Shown here: positions 59,110-64,000 of the stretch, one piece after another
Numbering within the stretch: the first letter of the stretch is position 1
Layout of the letters: each line of letters starts with the position of its first letter
From: an uncultured Holophagales bacterium
GTDB lineage: Bacteria; Acidobacteriota; Thermoanaerobaculia; Multivoradales; UBA5704
NCBI GenBank assembly: GCA_963842525.1
Contig: CAWJGT010000025.1
Location: 416,001 to 480,000, forward strand
Length of the DNA stretch: 64,000 nucleotides
Reading direction: 5' to 3'
The notes under the pieces: generated by a model
The model's input: only the letters and a program-made list of their open reading frames with translations
The model's database searches: none
Told to the model about the DNA's origin: nothing
Made by a program: the position numbers and the translations under genes

Positions 59110-60441
59110 TCAGCTTCCCCACTCCATGACTTCCTCGAGCGCACAGCGCACCAGCGGCAGGTCCCCGGGCAGCCAGGCCTGGAAGCCGGGGCTGGCGAAG
59201 AGGGCATGGTCGCCTGGGTAGGTGGGAACCAGATAGAGCGGGAACTTCTCGAAGATCTCGCGGTCGGAGCGGCGGCGGCGTTTCTGGACGGCCTCGCGGC
59301 GGGCGGCGGCGCTGTCGAGGTGGCCGAGAAGCCAGGAGGCGGCACGGAGCTGGGCGACGGTCCTCTCGTCGGTGAGGTGCGGCGCGTCGTTCGCCGGCGC
59401 CGGCGGGGCCTGGCCGGTCAGCTTGCGGAGGCCGCGGCGGAGGAAGTCGCCGGGGCCGTAGCCTTGCCAGCGGACTTTGAAGCCGTCCCAGGTCCAGGCC
59501 GGCGGGAGCTGGGCAACCGGCGCCGGCGGGCTCGCCGGAGTGCCGTTGGGGGCGGTGTTGGCGATGTGGCCGGCGTAGGGGTCGAGGCGAAGGGCGGCGC
59601 CCCCGGGGTTGTGGTCGGCGAGGATGGTCTGGGTCCGGGAGAGAAATGTCAGCAGCAGGGACGGCATGACCTGCTCCCAAAGGCCGGGCTCGTAGTTTTT
59701 GTACGCGGTCAGGAAGGCGTTCCGCTCGAAGAGGAAGCCCCGGTTGAAGAGGCCCAGGAGGTCGCTCGTGGCGCTCGACCGGTGATGGACGACCGCGTCC
59801 GGCACGAAGATCACCCTCTCGCCGCCGGACCAGAGGCGCCAGCCGAGGTCGACGTCCTCCAGGTAGGCGAAGTAATCCTCGTCGAAGCCTCCCGCGGCCA
59901 GGAAGCTGGCCTTGCGGATCAGCATGTTGCCGCCGCAGGCGAAGAGGAGCTCCTCGCCTTCCCCTGGCACCCGGGCCTTTGCCAAGGGACGGCGGAAGTC
60001 GAGCTGGAAGGCGTGGCCGTCGAAGGTCATGACGCCGCGGCCGAAGTCGAGCCGGTCGCCTGTCCAGTCGACGATCTTGCCGGAGACGGCTGCCACGTCC
60101 GGCGGCGTGGCCGCCAGGGCCTGGACGAGAGCGCGCAGCCAGCCCCGTTGCGGCCGGGTGTCGTTGTTCAGGAAGGCCACGGCATCGCCCGTAGACTCGG
60201 CCACCAGGCGGTTGTTGCCGGCGCAGAAGCCGAGGTTGACAGGGCTCTCGATCAGCCGGACCCGGAGATTCCGCGGCTGGACCTCGCTCCGCAGCCAGGC
60301 CGCCGTGCCGTCGGTCGAGCCGTTGTCGAGGACCAGAATTTCCCAGCCGACGCCGGGGTCTTCCTGCTCCGCGAGGGCCGCGAGGCAGGTTTCCAGGTGT
60401 TTTCGTCCGTTCCAGGAGAGGATTGCCACCGAGACCTTCAC
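59110..60441 (-). CDS. Glycosyltransferase family 2 (rhamnosyltransferase-like)
   Basis: VAILSWNG, DNGSTD, NLGFCAGNN, FLNND, GGFDEDYFAYLEDVDLGWR. Confidence 0.9.
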   Translation of the reverse strand: MKVSVAILSWNGRKHLETCLAALAEQEDPGVGWEILVLDNGSTDGTAAWLRSEVQPRNLRVRLIESPVNLGFCAGNNRLVAESTGDAVAFLNNDTRPQRGWLRALVQALAATPPDVAAVSGKIVDWTGDRLDFGRGVMTFDGHAFQLDFRRPLAKARVPGEGEELLFACGGNMLIRKASFLAAGGFDEDYFAYLEDVDLGWRLWSGGERVIFVPDAVVHHRSSATSDLLGLFNRGFLFERNAFLTAYKNYEPGLWEQVMPSLLLTFLSRTQTILADHNPGGAALRLDPYAGHIANTAPNGTPASPPAPVAQLPPAWTWDGFKVRWQGYGPGDFLRRGLRKLTGQAPPAPANDAPHLTDERTVAQLRAASWLLGHLDSAAARREAVQKRRRRSDREIFEKFPLYLVPTYPGDHALFASPGFQAWLPGDLPLVRCALEEVMEWGS

Positions 60442-61700
60442 CGCACGATCCTCCAACTCCGCAGCCGCCGCCGGAGACGCACGGTGAGTGGATCGGGTGG
60501 GGCGGCCGTCGCCGGACGGTAGACGAAAATCTCCTTGGTCTCGTCGGTCCGCGGCTCGCGGCAGAAGCGGACCAGTGGAGCGAGGGCCTGGTCCCAGCGG
60601 AAATCCCGCAGCAGCTCGCGGCCCCCGGCCCGGCAGCGCTCCCGGGCGGCCCCGTCCTCGACTGCCTCGACGAGCGCGCGCGCCAGAGCGTCCGCATCGC
60701 CCGGCGGCACCACCCAGCCTGCGCCGTGCTCGCGGAGCATCCGGCTCATGGCTCCGCCCGCGCTGGTGACCACCGGGCATCCGGCGGCCAGGGCATCCAG
60801 GAAGCGAGTGCGCAGGGAGAGGCGGGTCTCCAGGCTCGGCCGGTGCGGCGCCACCAGGAGGTCGAAATCCCGCAGGAGGTCGTACCGCCGGTCGGCCGGA
60901 GTCCAGTCGAGCACGCGCACGCGGCTCTCCCACCAGCCGAGCTGGCGGCAGCGCTCCTCGACCTCGGACATCAGGCGTTGCGGCGTGGTCTCCGGGTTCG
61001 GGTTGCGGATGAGGTAGAGGCTCCAGCCCGGCCGGCCGGTCTTTTCCAGGGCATCGAGCAGGGTCCAGGGGTCGTACCAGTCGTAGAGGCCGCCGAAGAG
61101 GAGGCGCACCTCGCCGGGCTGCCGTGCGGGCAGGACCGGCTGGTGCGGCGGCAGCTCGTCCGGCACGCCGAATGGGACCGGCGCGATCAGGGTCTCCAGG
61201 TCGGGATCGCGGGCGAGCCGGTCCGGGTTGATCCGGCCGAGAGCGGCGAGGAAACCGAGGTAGAAGGTGCGCTGCTCCTCGGACGAGCAGAGAAAGAAAT
61301 CGCCGCGCGACATCTGGAGCACCCAGGTCGCGTGGTCGTTACGGAACGGGCCGTAGCCCAAAGTCTCGAAGTAGCTCAGGTTCTCGACGAGCCAGGGGTC
61401 GTAGAGGTCGATGGCGACCGGCAGGTGCGGCACCTCGAGCACGAGGTCGTTGGCGAGGTGTCCCTGGGCGACCGCCCCCTGGCAGTCGGCGAGCAGCTCG
61501 GCAAAGCGTCCGCGCTCGGCGCGGCGAATGGCGCCACGATCGATCCCCAGCTCCGCGGTTTCCTCCGGCTCGGCCGGCGAGAGCAGGACCGTCTCGATCC
61601 CAAACTGCGGCAGCCGCCGCGCGAGCTCCAGATAGCGGATGCCGATCCCGGCCATGCGCGGGCGGACCGGCTCGCTGGAGAGGAGGGCGATGCGGGTCAT
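60438..61700 (-). CDS. Glycosyltransferase family 4 (GT-B)
   Basis: MAGIGIRYLELA, DLYDP, GGLYDWYDP, ETRLSLRTRFLDALAAGCPVV. Confidence 0.85.
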   Translation of the reverse strand: MTRIALLSSEPVRPRMAGIGIRYLELARRLPQFGIETVLLSPAEPEETAELGIDRGAIRRAERGRFAELLADCQGAVAQGHLANDLVLEVPHLPVAIDLYDPWLVENLSYFETLGYGPFRNDHATWVLQMSRGDFFLCSSEEQRTFYLGFLAALGRINPDRLARDPDLETLIAPVPFGVPDELPPHQPVLPARQPGEVRLLFGGLYDWYDPWTLLDALEKTGRPGWSLYLIRNPNPETTPQRLMSEVEERCRQLGWWESRVRVLDWTPADRRYDLLRDFDLLVAPHRPSLETRLSLRTRFLDALAAGCPVVTSAGGAMSRMLREHGAGWVVPPGDADALARALVEAVEDGAARERCRAGGRELLRDFRWDQALAPLVRFCREPRTDETKEIFVYRPATAAPPDPLTVRLRRRLRSWRIVR

Positions 61701-61713
61701 GGGGAGGGTGGAA

Positions 61714-61876
61714 CCTCACCCCCTGGCCCCCTCTCCCATCTCCCTTCCACCCCCCGCCGGGAGAGGGGGGACGCATCCAGAGCCGTTTGGCGAGCTCGCC
61801 ACAGAGGCATCAACAACGTCCCCCCTCTCCCGGGGTTGGGCGGGTGGGAGATGGGAGAGGGGGCCAGGGGGTGAGG
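61714..61876. repeat. Composite inverted pair of CCCTCACCCC/GGGAGAGGG REPs (REPIN-like)
   Basis: 61714-61770 and 61820-61876 in inverted orientation, with long complementary outer arms. Confidence 0.85.
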
Positions 61877-61899
61877 ACTCCGCGCCGCCGCCCACCCCC

Positions 61900-63792
61900 T
61901 CACGACCTCCTCCTCTGCCACCACTGGTGGGTACGCCACGCCCGGGTGGACTCCATCTCCCGGATCAGCCGATTGAGGCGTTCGATCTCCGCATAGGTGC
62001 GGCCGAGGTGCGCTGTCTGGTCGTCGACGGCCGTGCGGAGCTTCCGCTCCTCGTCGTAGAGGCGCTGGAGCTCGGTCGACAGGCGGCCGTGCTCTTCCTT
62101 CGAGCCGGCCAGCTCGCCCGACACGTTGTGGAAGCGCTCTTCCCAGAGGAACCGCTCGCGGGCCAGGGCCTCGTGCGCCTGCCGGAGAGCCTCCAGATCG
62201 TTCCCCAGGCGGTCCACCTCCCGGCGGGCGCTGGCCCAGCCCTCCTGCCCGGCTACGGCCTCGGCCCGTAGAGTGTCGACCGCCCGCGCCAGGACGTCCG
62301 GACGGAGGCGTCCGGCGTGCTTGGCGAGCACCCGAGCCTTGATCGCCAGGAAGTCCCCGCGCTCCCGCGGGCGCTCGCCGAAGATGTGATGCGCGCCGCC
62401 GCGGAAGTGCCGGTATTCGCAGGTCACCCGCGCCAGGTGATGGAACGGGGTGAGGGCCGCGAGGCGGATCAGGTAGTCCCAGTCCTCGAAGAAGGGGAGG
62501 CTTGGATCGAACGGTCCGGCTTCGGAGAACAGACCGCGCTCGATGAGCAGGGTGTTGAACGGGATGTAGTTGTCGACCAGCAGGATGTCCGGATCGAAGT
62601 CGCGGCTGTAGGGGAGACGCCGGTCGCGGCAGGACCAGCCGCCGTCCGGGTCCAGCTCGTAGACCGCTACCGCGGCGTCGGTGTAGGCGACACGCACTCC
62701 GGCCGCTCCGACGAGGCCGGCCAGTGTCGCCAGGTGCTCGGGCGCGGCCAGGTCGTCGTCGTCCAGGAAGGCAACGAAGTCGCCGCTTGCCGCCGCGATA
62801 CCGGCTTCGGCCGCGCCGGCCCGGCCGCGGCTTTCCTCCAGGTCGACCCGTACGACCGGCAGCGGGTAGTCCGGTGGCACCTCCGGCGGCGCGCCTCCAT
62901 CGTTGACCAGGACCACCTCGGCGCGGTGGTACTCCCCCTCGGCCAGGCTCGCCAGGGCCTCGGCCAGCAGAGCCGGACGGTCGCGGGTGCGGACGATCAC
63001 CGAGACGAGCGGTCCTTCGCGCACCTCTGCGACCTCCGGCAGGCCGCCCAGGAAGCGGACGAGCTGCGCCGCGCTACGGGTCGTGAAGTCCTGGACGGTG
63101 AGCCGTCGGTAGGCCTCGGCGAGACCGACCTCCGGGCCGAGGCTGAGGGTGCGGAACCGGCGCAGGCCCAGCCCGGCGTTCAAATAGGGATGCCGTTCCT
63201 CCTGGCTGCCATAGCAGGCCATGGCCGCCTCGATCGCCGGCCCTTCGGCCGTGACGTCGACCAGCAGGTCCGGATGGGCCGGGTGGTTGACCTCGTAGAG
63301 CAGGATGCGCAGGCCGCGGAAGGCCTCCTCTTCGAGCCCGCGCACTGGCGCGAGCAGGCGGTGGACGGCCGCGAAGGCGGCGCGGTGGTCGCGTGTCACC
63401 TCCAGGGGCGAGGGGACCAGCAGCAGCTCGGGCCGCTGCGTCAGGACGGCTTTCCGGATCCCCTCCACCGCCGCACCGAGGTGCTGGTCGAGAGAGCCAT
63501 CGGGGAGGTCGAGCCCGGCCCAGCCGGCGAGGCCGAGGATCTGGGCGGCCTGGCCCACCTCCTGGCGGCGGCGCAGCCGGTAGGCCGCCCGGTCGGTGAT
63601 CCCTTCGGTCGCCTCGCTCCCGCCGCCGCCGTCGGTCAGGAAGAGGACGCGCACCGCGGCGCCGGCCGTGGCGAGCTGGGCCAGGAGGCCGCCGCAGCCG
63701 AGGACCTCGTCGTCGTAATGGGGTGCGAGAACCAGGACGCTCGCGGCGCGCACCCGCTCGGTCCAGCCTGGAGGGGGTTGGACCCTGTTCAC
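61900..63792 (-). CDS. PIG-L/LmbE deacetylase - GT2 - coiled-coil fusion
   Basis: APHYDDE..DH; VSVIVRTRDR, FLDDDD, FEDWD; C-terminal coiled coil ending MESTRAWR; GTG overlaps the upstream stop. Confidence 0.88.
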   Translation of the reverse strand: MNRVQPPPGWTERVRAASVLVLAPHYDDEVLGCGGLLAQLATAGAAVRVLFLTDGGGGSEATEGITDRAAYRLRRRQEVGQAAQILGLAGWAGLDLPDGSLDQHLGAAVEGIRKAVLTQRPELLLVPSPLEVTRDHRAAFAAVHRLLAPVRGLEEEAFRGLRILLYEVNHPAHPDLLVDVTAEGPAIEAAMACYGSQEERHPYLNAGLGLRRFRTLSLGPEVGLAEAYRRLTVQDFTTRSAAQLVRFLGGLPEVAEVREGPLVSVIVRTRDRPALLAEALASLAEGEYHRAEVVLVNDGGAPPEVPPDYPLPVVRVDLEESRGRAGAAEAGIAAASGDFVAFLDDDDLAAPEHLATLAGLVGAAGVRVAYTDAAVAVYELDPDGGWSCRDRRLPYSRDFDPDILLVDNYIPFNTLLIERGLFSEAGPFDPSLPFFEDWDYLIRLAALTPFHHLARVTCEYRHFRGGAHHIFGERPRERGDFLAIKARVLAKHAGRLRPDVLARAVDTLRAEAVAGQEGWASARREVDRLGNDLEALRQAHEALARERFLWEERFHNVSGELAGSKEEHGRLSTELQRLYDEERKLRTAVDDQTAHLGRTYAEIERLNRLIREMESTRAWRTHQWWQRRRS

Positions 63793-64000
63793 TGGATGTA
63801 CCCCAGGGCGCGCAGCCGCTCCTCGGTTTCGGTGTTCGGCGCCGCAGAGGCGACCGGCTTGCGGTCCACCGGAGGCAGCCAGATGCGCAGCGACAGCCCG
63901 GAGGGCGGCGGCTGCCATCCCTTTTCCCGCAGCGATCGAGCGTCCACCGCGCCGCCGCCGTACGGAGTCCCGGGGCCGAGAAGCAGGCGGCCCGCCGGCA
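63789..64000 (-). CDS. C-terminal end of a sulfatase/alkaline-phosphatase-superfamily-like protein (partial)
   Basis: Ends ETEERLRALGYIQ*, a C-terminal motif typical of these proteins. Confidence 0.6.
   Translation of the reverse strand, partial: PAGRLLLGPGTPYGGGAVDARSLREKGWQPPPSGLSLRIWLPPVDRKPVASAAPNTETEERLRALGYIQ

Overview
High-GC bacterial chromosome segment. Gene content and repeat families suggest an Acidobacteriota (Thermoanaerobaculia-like) organism, which is an inference. About 47 CDS are supportable. Housekeeping and metabolic genes include rlmN, a RluA/TruC pseudouridine synthase, a HisN-like phosphatase, an aminotransferase, a DEAD-box helicase, xseAB, a rhomboid protease and a glycosyltransferase cluster. 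No rRNA, tRNA, CRISPR or transposase was found. The accessory region at about 18-33.4 kb is the most interesting part. It holds: (i) an operon of two paralogous secreted proteins coupled to a SEFIR/TIR-TM-LPP20-like receptor; (ii) a 13 x 21-bp degenerate tandem array in front of a small helical protein; (iii) two tandem secreted Cys-rich mini-proteins with a poly-Gly linker and an identical 20-aa C-terminal tail, followed by a CarboxypepD_reg-like repeat protein; (iv) a VIT-vWA domain fused to an Oar-like TonB-dependent beta-barrel, whose stand-alone paralog at 9.6-12.1 kb shares a sigma54 promoter and a 36-bp upstream element. Six GG-N10-GC sigma54 promoters and several REP-like palindrome families are visible. 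Five clear frameshifts, and a probable sixth, are all single-base insertions at GAGCTC. This points to methylation-linked long-read errors rather than real pseudogenes.
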